Shown in pieces: positions 9,474 through 18,766 of a stretch of 32,000 nt of DNA (its first letter is position 1; each line of letters begins with the position of its first letter). This DNA is from Pasteurella multocida. Its GTDB lineage: Bacteria; Pseudomonadota; Gammaproteobacteria; Enterobacterales; Pasteurellaceae. Position numbers and translations under genes: made by a program. The notes under the pieces are model-generated. The model saw nothing but the letters and a program-made list of their open reading frames with translations. It was not told where the DNA came from and did no database searches. The stretch covers positions 210,001 to 242,000 of the forward strand of contig NZ_LT906458.1 in the NCBI RefSeq assembly GCF_900187275.1, in the 5' to 3' direction.

Positions 9474-11531
9474 TTAATTCATTTTTTTCGCTTTAGAACG
9501 TGAAATGCGCGTATCGCCCACGATCCAGTCAAAGAATAAGATAATCGCCATCATTACTACGATGAGGATTGAACCATATGCAATTGCAATACCGTATTCA
9601 CCATCTTCTACACGGTTTAAAATATAGGAGGTTGCCACGCGTGTATCTGCGGTAACCAAGAAAATAATCGCGCTGACTGTGGTCATTGAGCGGACGAAAC
9701 TGGTTACTAAAGCAGAAAGTAAAGCAGGTTTTAAGAGTGGGAAGACAATATACCAAATGGTTTTGAAGGAGCTACCTTTTAAGGAAAGGGAAGCTTCATC
9801 AAGCGATTTGTCTAATTGACCTAAGCCTGCAATAGCAGCACGCATCCCCACAGGCATATTACGCATGACCATTGATAAAATAATGATCATCGCTGTCCCA
9901 GTGAGATAAATTGGTGAGCTGTTGAAGGCAATAATATAGGATACCCCTGCTACGGTACCGGGTACAGCGAAACACAGTAAGGTTAAAAATTCCAAGGTTT
10001 TCTTGCCTTTGAATTCACGGCGAACCGTAATATAAGCAATCAGTAAACCAAATAAGGCGGTCACTGGCGCTGCACTGGCAGCAAAAATCACGGTTTGAAT
10101 TAAAGAAGGCCATGCACCGTCACTAAAACCTTGTCCAAACAGGATTTGATAGTTTTTTAAGGTGAGTGTGTAGTCAACTCCCCAGTTCACGGTGAAACTG
10201 CCGTAGAAGATACTGCCGTACAGAACAAGGTTAAATAGCGTCCAAAAGCCAAGGAAAAAGACGATAATCCCTTTTAGCCCATTTGGCAATTCTTGCACAT
10301 CACCGCGGTACGATTTACCAGAAACAGTCACATAGGAACGTTTACCAATCCATAAATATTGAATCACGAAAATCGCCAGTGAGAACATTAAGAGAATCGT
10401 ACCTAATGTACTGGCTGAAGCATAATCTAATTGTGAACCCGCAATATAGAAGTAAATTTGAGTCGCAATGACATCAAAGCTTCCGCCAAGGACAAGTGGA
10501 GTACTGAAGTCCGCGAGGGATTGGATGACGACCACTAAGAAGGAGTTGGCTAATGCAGGTTTGAGCAATGGGAAAATAATATGGAAGAACGCTTGGTAAC
10601 GATTTGAGCGTAACGTATAAGCTGCCTCTTCAATCGAAGGGTGGATCGATTTTAAGGCACCTTCCAAGATCATAAAAGACATAGGGGTGAGTGCTAAGGT
10701 ATGGGCAATCACAATACCAGTAAAGCCATATAGCCAGTTACTGCTAAAACCTAAATATTCCACTAAAAAAGCAGTGACATACCCTGAGCGTCCAAGCATT
10801 AAAGTAACCCCTAAACCGACCACAAAAGGCGGGGTAACAATTGGCAGAATAGAGAAAATTTTACCAATGAACGCCGTACGTTTAGCGATACGTGTGGTAT
10901 AGAGGGCAAAGGCTAAACCAAAAATGGTGGATAGCACACCGACCACAGAGGAGACGGCAAGCGAGTTTTCTACAACGCGAATCACATAAGGTTGTTGGAT
11001 AATTTCGGCGACTTGTTGCGGTTTAAACTCACCATTATCAAAGAACATGGAAAGTAAAATGGCAAAAGTCGGGTAAACGATAAAGAAAAAAATCGTCATC
11101 ACAATCGCAATGAGCGAGGCGATGACAAATTTATCCCCCTGCATGACTTTTAATTGTGCTAAAGCATTTGTCGCAAGGGCGAGAAGTGCCACCATGAGAA
11201 TGATGACGGAATACCCTAGGCTAAACTTGGCTACTGTGGCAGAGATAAAGACAAATAAGAAAATCGCTGCAATCAGAGCAAGTTCTATTTTGGCGCGTTT
11301 TGTACTTTCTTTTGGAAAAATCAAAGATAAAACGGGAAAAATGAGTACGGCTAAAAACCAAGACCAACTCAAATTGAGATTATACCAGCCCATAGCTTCA
11401 AGCATTTCATCGCTGGTAGAGTCCCATAAGCCGTAATCTAAGGCTTTTGATGGTAAAAGGGCAAAGCCTAATAAGGCGAATAACACCCAAATTAATGGTG
11501 TGCTAAATGTGAAAGTGTTTTTCTGCTCCAT
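9474..11531 (-). CDS. afuB: ABC transporter permease, AfuB/FbpB type with two fused permease domains
   Basis: 685 aa, multiple TM segments, two permease-domain regions (LEGALKSIHPSIEEAAYTLRSNRYQAFFHIIFPLLKPAL and IAGLGQLDKSLDEASLSLKGSSFKTIWYIVFPLLKPAL). Confidence 0.88.
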   Translation of the reverse strand: MEQKNTFTFSTPLIWVLFALLGFALLPSKALDYGLWDSTSDEMLEAMGWYNLNLSWSWFLAVLIFPVLSLIFPKESTKRAKIELALIAAIFLFVFISATVAKFSLGYSVIILMVALLALATNALAQLKVMQGDKFVIASLIAIVMTIFFFIVYPTFAILLSMFFDNGEFKPQQVAEIIQQPYVIRVVENSLAVSSVVGVLSTIFGLAFALYTTRIAKRTAFIGKIFSILPIVTPPFVVGLGVTLMLGRSGYVTAFLVEYLGFSSNWLYGFTGIVIAHTLALTPMSFMILEGALKSIHPSIEEAAYTLRSNRYQAFFHIIFPLLKPALANSFLVVVIQSLADFSTPLVLGGSFDVIATQIYFYIAGSQLDYASASTLGTILLMFSLAIFVIQYLWIGKRSYVTVSGKSYRGDVQELPNGLKGIIVFFLGFWTLFNLVLYGSIFYGSFTVNWGVDYTLTLKNYQILFGQGFSDGAWPSLIQTVIFAASAAPVTALFGLLIAYITVRREFKGKKTLEFLTLLCFAVPGTVAGVSYIIAFNSSPIYLTGTAMIIILSMVMRNMPVGMRAAIAGLGQLDKSLDEASLSLKGSSFKTIWYIVFPLLKPALLSALVTSFVRSMTTVSAIIFLVTADTRVATSYILNRVEDGEYGIAIAYGSILIVVMMAIILFFDWIVGDTRISRSKAKKMN

Positions 11532-11559
11532 AAAGACCTCTAATTAAGCAGTAATAGAC

Positions 11560-11589
11560 CATTCAATAGGGGCTTGCCCCTATTGAATG
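11560..11589 (-). promoter_or_regulatory. Intercistronic stem-loop between the third binding-protein gene and the permease gene
   Basis: Perfect 13-bp inverted repeat CATTCAATAGGGG/CCCCTATTGAATG with a 4-nt loop; no U tract after it in the transcribed (-) direction. Confidence 0.75.
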
Positions 11590-11676
11590 AAGAAATAAAA
11601 AATCCTCTTTACTTATCAAGAATGATAAATTTTTTGTTGAACAACGTGTGAATCATATTAAATGTATTTCCACCAA

Positions 11677-12711
11677 CTATTTTGCAAGTTTGACTTCATC
11701 TACCCATTTTTTGATCAGACGTTTACGTTCTTCTACAGCACCATATTTATCAAAATCGTAATTAATTAAATTAATTGATTTAAAGTCGAGAGAATAAGGT
11801 GATTGTTTTGCTTGAGTATTGGTTAAAATCTGGTGCGTTTCCCCTTTTTGCCAAGATAATTCTTGTGCTTCTTTTGATAATGCCCAATCTACAAATAATT
11901 TAGCATTATCGAGGTTTCTCGCGCCTTTAATAATACTGACCCCGCCAATTTCGTAACCTGTTCCTTCACAAGGGACGATTAATTCAACAGGCGCCCCTTT
12001 TTCTTTTTCAATGGAATGTTCATGTAAGAACCCGATACCAATAGCCGCTTCTCCTCGCGCAGTATTGCGTGTCGCCGTGTTACCGGACTTGGTATATTGC
12101 GACACGTTTTTATGTAAATCCGTCAAATAACGAAACGCCTTGTCTTCCCCCCAAAGTTGGATAAAAGTCGCTAATGCTGTGTAGGCTGTTCCTGAGCTTT
12201 GTGGATCGGCGGCTTGGATTTCATTTTTCAAGCGTGGATCGGTCAAATCTTGCCAACATTTAGGAACGGGAATATTCAATTTGGCTAAACGTTCTGTGTT
12301 TACTCCAAAACCGAGTACCCCTAAATAAATGGCGGAAGTGTAATTCCCTTTGACTTTAGCGGGATCTTTGAGTTCATCCGGAATGTATTGCAAATTAGGT
12401 GATTGATAAGCAGAGAGGAGCCCCATTTCTCCAGCTTGTGAATGGGGATCTAGCGTACCGCCATACCAAACATCACCCTGAGGATTGGCTTTTTCTGCCT
12501 CTATTCGCGCTAAAATACTGCCTGTTCCCGCACGAATATGGCTGACTTTGACGTCATACTTTTTGCCAAATGCCTCAACTTCTTGCTCACACATCGTGTT
12601 TTGTGCACTGCAATAAACAGTTAATCGCCCTTCTGCGAAAGCGAGAGAGGAGAGCAATCCGCCACTGAGTAAAAGTGCGGTGGAAATGGCAGAGATTTTT
12701 AATGTTTTCAT
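11677..12711 (-). CDS. Periplasmic substrate-binding protein, AfuA-like paralog 1 (promoter-distal)
   Basis: Signal peptide MKTLKISAISTALLLSGGLLSSLAFA; GRLTVYCSAQNTMCEQEVEAFGKKYDVK...PCEGTGYEIGG, strongly similar to the next two ORFs. Confidence 0.88.
   Translation of the reverse strand: MKTLKISAISTALLLSGGLLSSLAFAEGRLTVYCSAQNTMCEQEVEAFGKKYDVKVSHIRAGTGSILARIEAEKANPQGDVWYGGTLDPHSQAGEMGLLSAYQSPNLQYIPDELKDPAKVKGNYTSAIYLGVLGFGVNTERLAKLNIPVPKCWQDLTDPRLKNEIQAADPQSSGTAYTALATFIQLWGEDKAFRYLTDLHKNVSQYTKSGNTATRNTARGEAAIGIGFLHEHSIEKEKGAPVELIVPCEGTGYEIGGVSIIKGARNLDNAKLFVDWALSKEAQELSWQKGETHQILTNTQAKQSPYSLDFKSINLINYDFDKYGAVEERKRLIKKWVDEVKLAK
12673..12681 (+). repeat. DNA uptake signal core
   Basis: AAAAGTGCGGTGGAAAT inside the signal-peptide region of AfuA-like paralog 1. 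Confidence 0.88.
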
Positions 12712-12723
12712 GCTGACTCCTGA

Positions 12724-13746
12724 CTATTTATTGAGTTTGATTTTATCAACCCATTTTCCGATGAGGTGACTACGCATTTCATTTGAACCAAATTTATCAA
12801 AGTCATAATTAATTAAGTTCAATTCACTTGGCTTAAGCGCATAAGGTGACGGTTCGGCGTGAATATTAGTTGGTACATGGTGTGATTGCGCTTCCTTCCA
12901 AGACAGTTCCTGTGCTTCTTTTGACATAACCCAATCAGCAAAGAGCTGCGCATTTTTTAAGTTACGCGCATCTTTAATCACACTGATGCCACCCAATTCA
13001 TACCCTGTCCCTTCACAAGGTACAACCAATTCGATTGGCGCACCATTTTCTTTTTCAAAAGAATAGTTTTGTAGGAAGCCGATGCCAACAGTGGTTTCAC
13101 CGCGCGCCGTATTGCGTGACGGTGCGGTCCCTGCTTTTGGATATTGCGAAATATGCTGATCAAGTTGTTTTAAATAATCAAATGCTTGTTCTTCTCCCCA
13201 AAGTTGCACGAACGTGGCAATAGCCGTATATGCTGTACCTGAACTTTGTGGGTCAGCCATTTGAATTTCATTTTTAAAACGAGGATCAGCTAAATCTTTC
13301 CAGCATTTTGGCACGTCCTTGATCCCTAACTTTTTCAAACGTTCCGTATTGACCCCAAAACCGAGTACCCCCATATAGACAATGGAGCTTTTGCCATCAC
13401 CTAATTTTTGGAATTGTGGCATCACTTCACTGAGTTTAGGGAATGGATAAGGACTTAATAAACCGAGTTCAGCCGCTTGTAAGTGAGTATCAAAAGGTCC
13501 ACCATACCAAACGTCAGCCTGCGGGTTATTTTTTTCTGCATCGATTTTCGCTAGGGTACTGCCCGAGCTATTACGGATAAAAGAGGTTTTGACATCATAT
13601 TTTTTTGCAAAACCTTGTACTGCTTTTTCACAAACAACATTTTGTGCACTGCAGTAAACGACTAATCTGCCTTCGCCCTTTGCCACATTAGTGGCAGTTA
13701 AACCTGCCACTAACATGCCAAATAGGGCAAGATGTGTTTTTTTCAT
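12724..13746 (-). CDS. Periplasmic substrate-binding protein, AfuA-like paralog 2
   Basis: Signal peptide MKKTHLALFGMLVAGLTATNVAKG; ORF track starts at 13770, but the ATG at 13746 has the RBS AAAGAGGGCAAACC upstream and begins the signal peptide. Confidence 0.87.
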   Translation of the reverse strand: MKKTHLALFGMLVAGLTATNVAKGEGRLVVYCSAQNVVCEKAVQGFAKKYDVKTSFIRNSSGSTLAKIDAEKNNPQADVWYGGPFDTHLQAAELGLLSPYPFPKLSEVMPQFQKLGDGKSSIVYMGVLGFGVNTERLKKLGIKDVPKCWKDLADPRFKNEIQMADPQSSGTAYTAIATFVQLWGEEQAFDYLKQLDQHISQYPKAGTAPSRNTARGETTVGIGFLQNYSFEKENGAPIELVVPCEGTGYELGGISVIKDARNLKNAQLFADWVMSKEAQELSWKEAQSHHVPTNIHAEPSPYALKPSELNLINYDFDKFGSNEMRSHLIGKWVDKIKLNK

Positions 13747-13769
13747 GGTTTGCCCTCTTTTTTGTCTCA

Positions 13770-14807
13770 CTATTTCGATAATTTGATACTATCTACCCAT
13801 TTACCAATCAAGCGTTTACGCTCATCCGCGGCACCGTATTTTTCAAAATCATAATCGATTAAGTTTAATTTTGTTGGATCAAAAGCGGTTGGTGATTGTT
13901 GGGCTGTGGTATTTGTTAAGATCTGTAGGCTATTGCCTTTTTGCCAAGCAAGCTCTTGTCCTTCTTTCGATAAGACCCAGTCTACGAAGAGTTTAGCGTT
14001 ATCTAAGTTACGCGCACCTTTGAGGATACTCACCCCACCAAGTTCATAGCCCGTACCTTCACATGGCACGATCATTTCAATTGGCGCACCTTGTTGTTTT
14101 TGTAGGGCGTAGTCATGTAAGAAACCAATACCAATGGTCGTTTCGCCACGTGCCGTGTTATTGGACGGTGTGATACCAGATTTTGTGTATTGAGAAATGT
14201 TTGGATGTAAGTTTTTGAAGTAATCAAATGCGGCTTCTTCTCCCCAAAGTTGAACGAAGGTAGCGATAGCTGTGTAAGCTGTACCAGAACTTTGTGGATC
14301 GGCAATTTGAATTTCCCCTTTTAATCGAGGGTCTGTTAAATCCTTCCAGCATTTTGGTACTTCATTGATGCCTAGTTTTTTGAGGCGTTCTGTATTCACA
14401 CCAAAACCTAAAATCCCCATGTAAATCGCAGAAGTATAGTTACCTTTCACTTTTGCAGGGTCTTGGAAACGTGGCACAATTTGATCAACATTAGGCGAAC
14501 GGTAAGGCTGTAATAGACCTAATTCACCGGCTTGTGATTGTGGGTCAAAAGTTCCGCCATACCAAACATCCGCTTGAGGGTTATTTTTTTCAGCTTCAAT
14601 TTTCGCAAATGTACTGCCTGAGCCGTTGCGAATAAATGAGGTTTTCACATCATATTTTTCACCGAATGCTTTAATTTCTGCCTCACACATTTCATTTGTC
14701 GCACTACAATATACGACTAAACGCCCTTTGGCGTAGGCTTGTGAAGCCAGTAACCCAGTAGCTAAAAGTGCGCTTGAAATGGCGAAAGAAAGTTTTTTGA
14801 ATTTCAT
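13770..14807 (-). CDS. afuA: Periplasmic substrate-binding protein, AfuA-like paralog 3 (promoter-proximal, closest to canonical AfuA)
   Basis: Signal peptide MKFKKLSFAISSALLATGLLASQAYA; GRLVVYCSATNEMCEAEIKAFGEKYDVKTSFIRNGSGSTFAKIEAEKNNPQADVWYGG. ORF track start 14849; preferred ATG at 14807 with AGGGG upstream. Confidence 0.88.
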   Translation of the reverse strand: MKFKKLSFAISSALLATGLLASQAYAKGRLVVYCSATNEMCEAEIKAFGEKYDVKTSFIRNGSGSTFAKIEAEKNNPQADVWYGGTFDPQSQAGELGLLQPYRSPNVDQIVPRFQDPAKVKGNYTSAIYMGILGFGVNTERLKKLGINEVPKCWKDLTDPRLKGEIQIADPQSSGTAYTAIATFVQLWGEEAAFDYFKNLHPNISQYTKSGITPSNNTARGETTIGIGFLHDYALQKQQGAPIEMIVPCEGTGYELGGVSILKGARNLDNAKLFVDWVLSKEGQELAWQKGNSLQILTNTTAQQSPTAFDPTKLNLIDYDFEKYGAADERKRLIGKWVDSIKLSK

Positions 14808-14905
14808 AGTGATTGCCCCTTTTCGTATTAGAAAAAAATGATATGTCACAAGTACATAACGTCATAAAGTGATTCTAAATCCTACAGCAAAGTAAAGGAG
14901 AATAC

Positions 14906-14921
14906 CGTGAGAGTTATCACA
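14906..14921 (-). promoter_or_regulatory. Predicted CRP-binding site for the afu operon promoter
   Basis: CGTGA-GAGTTA-TCACA: one mismatch to TGTGA-N6-TCACA; a TAGGAT -10-like element (14879-14884, - strand) lies at class II spacing. Confidence 0.6.
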
Positions 14922-15061
14922 AAATAGAGATTCTTTACTCCAAATTATGGTAAATGAGCAAAATATCTGCTTTATTTTATCTGTCTTGGAATTGTGCTAT
15001 TAAAAGTGGATTTTTTTCTTTATAATTTGTCGATCAAAACAACGCTTTTTTAGGGATAGCT

Positions 15062-15712
15062 ATGTCAAACTCATCAACACCATCTTGTATTATTATTGCC
15101 ATCGCTGGGGCTTCAGCATCAGGAAAAAGCTTAATTGCCTCAACTGTTCATCGAGAGTTGTGTGATGAGCTAGGTTGCGAAGAAATTGGCATTATTTCCG
15201 AAGACTCTTATTATAAAGATCAAAGTCATTTGGATATGGAAGATCGAATTAAAACCAACTATGATCATCCTAATTCTATGGATAGACACCTTTTAATTGA
15301 ACACCTCAAAGCACTCAAATCTGGTCAACCTGTTGATATTCCCGTCTATAGCTACGTTGAGCATACTCGAACCAATCAAGTCCAACACTTTGAACCTAAA
15401 AAAGTGATCATTCTGGAAGGGATTTTATTGCTTACTGATGAAAAATTGCGTGATGAAGTCAGTGTCTCTGTTTTTGTCGATACACCACTGGATATTTGTT
15501 TTATTCGTCGCTTACAACGTGACATGAAAGAACGTGGTCGAAGTTTAGAATCGGTGGTGGAGCAGTATCGTAAAACAGTGCGTCCCATGTTTTTACAGTT
15601 TATTGAGCCCTCTAAACAATATGCTGATATCGTGATCCCGCGAGGTGGTAAAAATCGAATTGCCATTAATATGTTAAAAGCACAAATTAGACAACTTTTG
15701 GGAAAACGTTAA
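15062..15712 (+). CDS. udk: Uridine kinase
   Basis: P-loop [26 protein letters not shown]; length 216 aa. Confidence 0.95.
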   Translation: MSNSSTPSCIIIAIAGASASGKSLIASTVHRELCDELGCEEIGIISEDSYYKDQSHLDMEDRIKTNYDHPNSMDRHLLIEHLKALKSGQPVDIPVYSYVEHTRTNQVQHFEPKKVIILEGILLLTDEKLRDEVSVSVFVDTPLDICFIRRLQRDMKERGRSLESVVEQYRKTVRPMFLQFIEPSKQYADIVIPRGGKNRIAINMLKAQIRQLLGKR

Positions 15713-15728
15713 CAGTAAGGAGCTGAGA

Positions 15729-16313
15729 ATGAGATTATGTGATACTGATATTGAACGTTATTTAGATGATGGCATTATCGCGTTAACCCCTCGACCGAGT
15801 AATGACAAAATTAATGGTGCAACGATCGATGTTCGTTTAGGGAATTCTTTCCGCGTTTTCCGTGAGCATTCCGCACCTTATATTGATCTCAGTGGTCCAA
15901 AAGAACAAGTCTCAGCCCAATTGGAATCGGTGATGAGTGAAGAAATTCTGATTGGTGAAAATGACGCCTTCTTTTTACATCCTGGTGAGTTGGCATTAGC
16001 CACAACACTTGAGTCGGTTAAGTTACCGGCAAATATTATTGGGTGGTTAGATGGACGTTCTTCACTTGCGCGTTTAGGTTTAATGGTACATGTGACGGCA
16101 CACCGTATTGATCCTGGTTGGGAAGGGCGAATTGTATTGGAATTTTTTAATTCAGGTAAGTTACCCTTAGCACTACGTCCCAATATGGTGATTGGTGCGT
16201 TAAGTTTTGAAATTTTGAGTGGTTATGCTGCGCGTCCATATAGCAGTCGTAAGAATGCAAAATACAAAAATCAGCAAAGTGCGGTAGCCAGTCGTATTGA
16301 TGAGGATAAATAA
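15729..16313 (+). CDS. dcd: dCTP deaminase
   Basis: [68 protein letters not shown]. Confidence 0.96.
   Translation: MRLCDTDIERYLDDGIIALTPRPSNDKINGATIDVRLGNSFRVFREHSAPYIDLSGPKEQVSAQLESVMSEEILIGENDAFFLHPGELALATTLESVKLPANIIGWLDGRSSLARLGLMVHVTAHRIDPGWEGRIVLEFFNSGKLPLALRPNMVIGALSFEILSGYAARPYSSRKNAKYKNQQSAVASRIDEDK
16278..16286 (+). repeat. DNA uptake signal core
   Basis: CAAAGTGCGGTAG near the 3' end of dcd. Confidence 0.85.
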
Positions 16314-16314
16314 A

Positions 16315-17529
16315 ATGTTGAAAAAGATCGCCATCAGTTTTTGTGCTGTCATTGTGGCGATCTTTGCGCTTGCATATTGGCAAATTGATCGTGTCAATGC
16401 TGTCTTAACCAACGTCCTCAATGAAAAACACATTACATTTTCTCAACTCGATTTTACCTTCTTTCCTCAAGTCGAAATCCGATTATCCGATGTCAAATGG
16501 CAGGACCAACAAGTGCGGTCTGTTTTTGCGCCAAAAGTTTATTTACAATCTGAGTTTTGGTCGCTGTTGGCGCTAGAAAAGCGAGTGAAGACAGTACGCT
16601 TTGAACAAATGGATGTCTGGTATTCAGGTCAACATGAACCAGATCTGGTTGGAATAACAGGGGAAATTGCAGGGGACTTTCTGATTGAACCCAACCAAAT
16701 TCAGCTGGCGAATATCTTGCTGAAGATGACTTTTGCGAAACCCATTTTATTTAATACACAACAATTGGAGATCGCATTACAGAAAGGTTCTATCAAACAA
16801 CATTCTGCATTAGATTGGCAAGTGATTTTCGATGATGTGAAAATCAATGGTGAACATTTCGTTCTTTTTACACTTAAGGCAACTCAGCAGCCGACAATGT
16901 TGTCAACAGTATCTGAACTGCATTATGCCCATTCACAATCTCAATCACAATTTGATTTACAGCTCTTCAATAAAGTCAATTCAACTCAGCGAGTGCGTTT
17001 TGTAGGGAAAAATATTGCGTTAGCACCTTGGCAAAAAATGTTGAACTTGCCTTATTTGCTTACTGGGGAGGCAGATATTTCGGGGGATTTGGTGTTAACC
17101 GACACGAAAACAGAAAAAGGCAAAGTGGCAATACGAATGGCTGAAGGGCACTTTAATGGTTTAAATTTATTAGACTTGGTGACGAAATATCTGCCTATTC
17201 ACTATGATGAAGCGCGTTTTAATCGCAACGATCTCAATACCTCATTTCAACACTTGCAATCCTCCCTTTCTTGGGATGCGACAAAATTAAACCTAGATAC
17301 ATTGACTTTTCATATTGATAAAGTCCGAGTGTCTGGGCAAGGTGCAGTAAATTTGAAAACGATGACTTGTGATGTGACGCTGAATTTAGGGTTGACTTCC
17401 CCGCAGTATCAGCATTTTTCCTTACCTATCCGCTTTTTCGACAGTTGTTCTTCTCCGCAATATAAAGTGGAATTTAATCAGAATTTACGTCATCAATTAA
17501 AAGATCTTATTAAAGAAAAATTGAGGTAA
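16315..17529 (+). CDS. AsmA family protein (single N-terminal TM, AsmA-like domain)
   Basis: MLKKIAISFCAVIVAIFALAYWQIDRVNAVLTNVLNEKHITFSQLDFTFFPQVEIRLSDVKW; ORF track start 16297, preferred ATG at 16315; follows dcd as in Haemophilus. Confidence 0.7.
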   Translation: MLKKIAISFCAVIVAIFALAYWQIDRVNAVLTNVLNEKHITFSQLDFTFFPQVEIRLSDVKWQDQQVRSVFAPKVYLQSEFWSLLALEKRVKTVRFEQMDVWYSGQHEPDLVGITGEIAGDFLIEPNQIQLANILLKMTFAKPILFNTQQLEIALQKGSIKQHSALDWQVIFDDVKINGEHFVLFTLKATQQPTMLSTVSELHYAHSQSQSQFDLQLFNKVNSTQRVRFVGKNIALAPWQKMLNLPYLLTGEADISGDLVLTDTKTEKGKVAIRMAEGHFNGLNLLDLVTKYLPIHYDEARFNRNDLNTSFQHLQSSLSWDATKLNLDTLTFHIDKVRVSGQGAVNLKTMTCDVTLNLGLTSPQYQHFSLPIRFFDSCSSPQYKVEFNQNLRHQLKDLIKEKLR

Positions 17530-17532
17530 TTT

Positions 17533-18747
17533 ATGTTACCTTTTCAGGCTGCTCGTCAACGTCAATTTGCGCGTGTTATCACCTTTGCGCTTGCTGGGTT
17601 TGTGTTTAATACAACAGAGTTTATTCCTGTTGCCTTACTCTCTGATATTGCGCAAAGCTTCGCGATGCCCGTATCACAAACGGGTTTAATAATTACTGTT
17701 TATGCTTGGGTAGTGTCATTAATGTCATTGCCCTTTATGTTACTGACTGCAAAAGCAGAGCGTAGAGGGTTATTGATTAAATTACTGGTGTTATTTATTT
17801 TAAGTCATCTGTTATCCGTGATCGCTTGGGATTTTTGGGTATTAGTATTAGCCAGAATAGGTGTCGCATTAACCCATTCTATTTTTTGGGCAATTACTGC
17901 GTCTTTAGTCATTCGGGTTGCGCCTAAAGATAAAAAATCACAGGCAATTGGACTACTTGCTATAGGTTGTTCTTTGGCAATGATTTTAGGTTTGCCTCTC
18001 GGACGTTTGATTGGGCAATTCTTTGGTTGGCGTGTAACCTTTGCCATTATTGCCCTTATTGCGATAGGCATTTTATGCTTGTTTTATCAACTTTTACCGC
18101 ACTTACCAAGTAAGAATGCGGGTTCTTTAAATAGTCTGCCAACGCTTTTTAAACGTCCATTATTGCTTGGGCTTTATGCGCTTACTATGATTATTATTTC
18201 GGCTCATTTTACTGCGTATAGCTATATTGAACCCTTTATGCTCAATATCAGCACAATGAGTCATAGTATGGCAACTTTTGTTCTCTTCGTCTTCGGTCTT
18301 TCTGGCATTACCGCCAGTTTGTTATTTAATCGCTATTATAATGCAGGACCGATCCGTTTTATTTTGTTTTCAATGGGACTACTCACCGCCACACTCTTGC
18401 TCTTATTCATTGCGAGCCAACAAACGTGGACAATGTTTTTATTAACCTTCTTCTGGGGAATTGGCATAGCAGGCATTGGCTTAGGATTACAAATTCGAGT
18501 GTTACACCTTGCACCTGATGCTACAGATGTCGCGATGGCAATCTATTCTGGGATTTATAATATTGGCATTGGGGCTGGCGCATTGCTAGGTAATCAAGTG
18601 ATGCAACATTATGGGCTAGCCTACATTGGTGTTGCTGGGGCGTTATTTGCAGTATTCGGGCTTGTTTTATTTATTTTAGTCCAGTGGAAATATGGTCACT
18701 TAGCGCCAAATAAGCTATCGACTGAAGAGAAGAAAAAGTGCGGTTAA
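17533..18747 (+). CDS. sotB: MFS sugar efflux transporter (SotB-like)
   Basis: FALAGFVFNTTEFIPVALLSDIAQSFAMPVSQTGLIITVYAWVVSLMSLPFMLLTAKAERR; 12-TM MFS pattern; position after dcd and the AsmA-like gene. Confidence 0.85.
   Translation: MLPFQAARQRQFARVITFALAGFVFNTTEFIPVALLSDIAQSFAMPVSQTGLIITVYAWVVSLMSLPFMLLTAKAERRGLLIKLLVLFILSHLLSVIAWDFWVLVLARIGVALTHSIFWAITASLVIRVAPKDKKSQAIGLLAIGCSLAMILGLPLGRLIGQFFGWRVTFAIIALIAIGILCLFYQLLPHLPSKNAGSLNSLPTLFKRPLLLGLYALTMIIISAHFTAYSYIEPFMLNISTMSHSMATFVLFVFGLSGITASLLFNRYYNAGPIRFILFSMGLLTATLLLLFIASQQTWTMFLLTFFWGIGIAGIGLGLQIRVLHLAPDATDVAMAIYSGIYNIGIGAGALLGNQVMQHYGLAYIGVAGALFAVFGLVLFILVQWKYGHLAPNKLSTEEKKKCG
18096..18104 (-). repeat. DNA uptake signal core (reverse)
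   Basis: TTTTACCGCACTT inside sotB. Confidence 0.85.
18736..18744 (+). repeat. DNA uptake signal core
   Basis: AAAAAGTGCGGTTAAT at the 3' end of sotB. Confidence 0.88.
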
Positions 18748-18766
18748 TATGAATCATATTATTGAA

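Noticed and set aside
9245-11436. Antisense ORFs on the + strand across afuC/afuB (9245..9496, 10283..10471, 10687..10902, 11110..11436)
   Set aside because: They oppose conserved transporter coding sequence and have no family signature or operon logic.
11560-11589. Rho-independent terminator interpretation of the hairpin upstream of afuB
   Set aside because: In the transcribed (-) direction the stem is followed by GTCTATTACTG, with no U tract; the T-rich stretch is on the upstream side.
13131-13140. GGTGCGGTCC as an uptake signal
   Set aside because: Lacks the AAGTGCGGT core (GGTGCGGT); counted as a chance near match.
12978-13223. ORFs 12978..13163(-) and 13035..13223(+) overlapping AfuA-like paralog 2
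   Set aside because: Short, off-frame or antisense to a clear coding sequence, no RBS or recognisable motif.
8407-14807. Labelling the operon as a ferric iron transporter on family resemblance alone
   Set aside because: Binding-protein sequences resemble AfuA, reported to bind hexose-phosphates; no Fur-like box was noticed. Substrate is left open.
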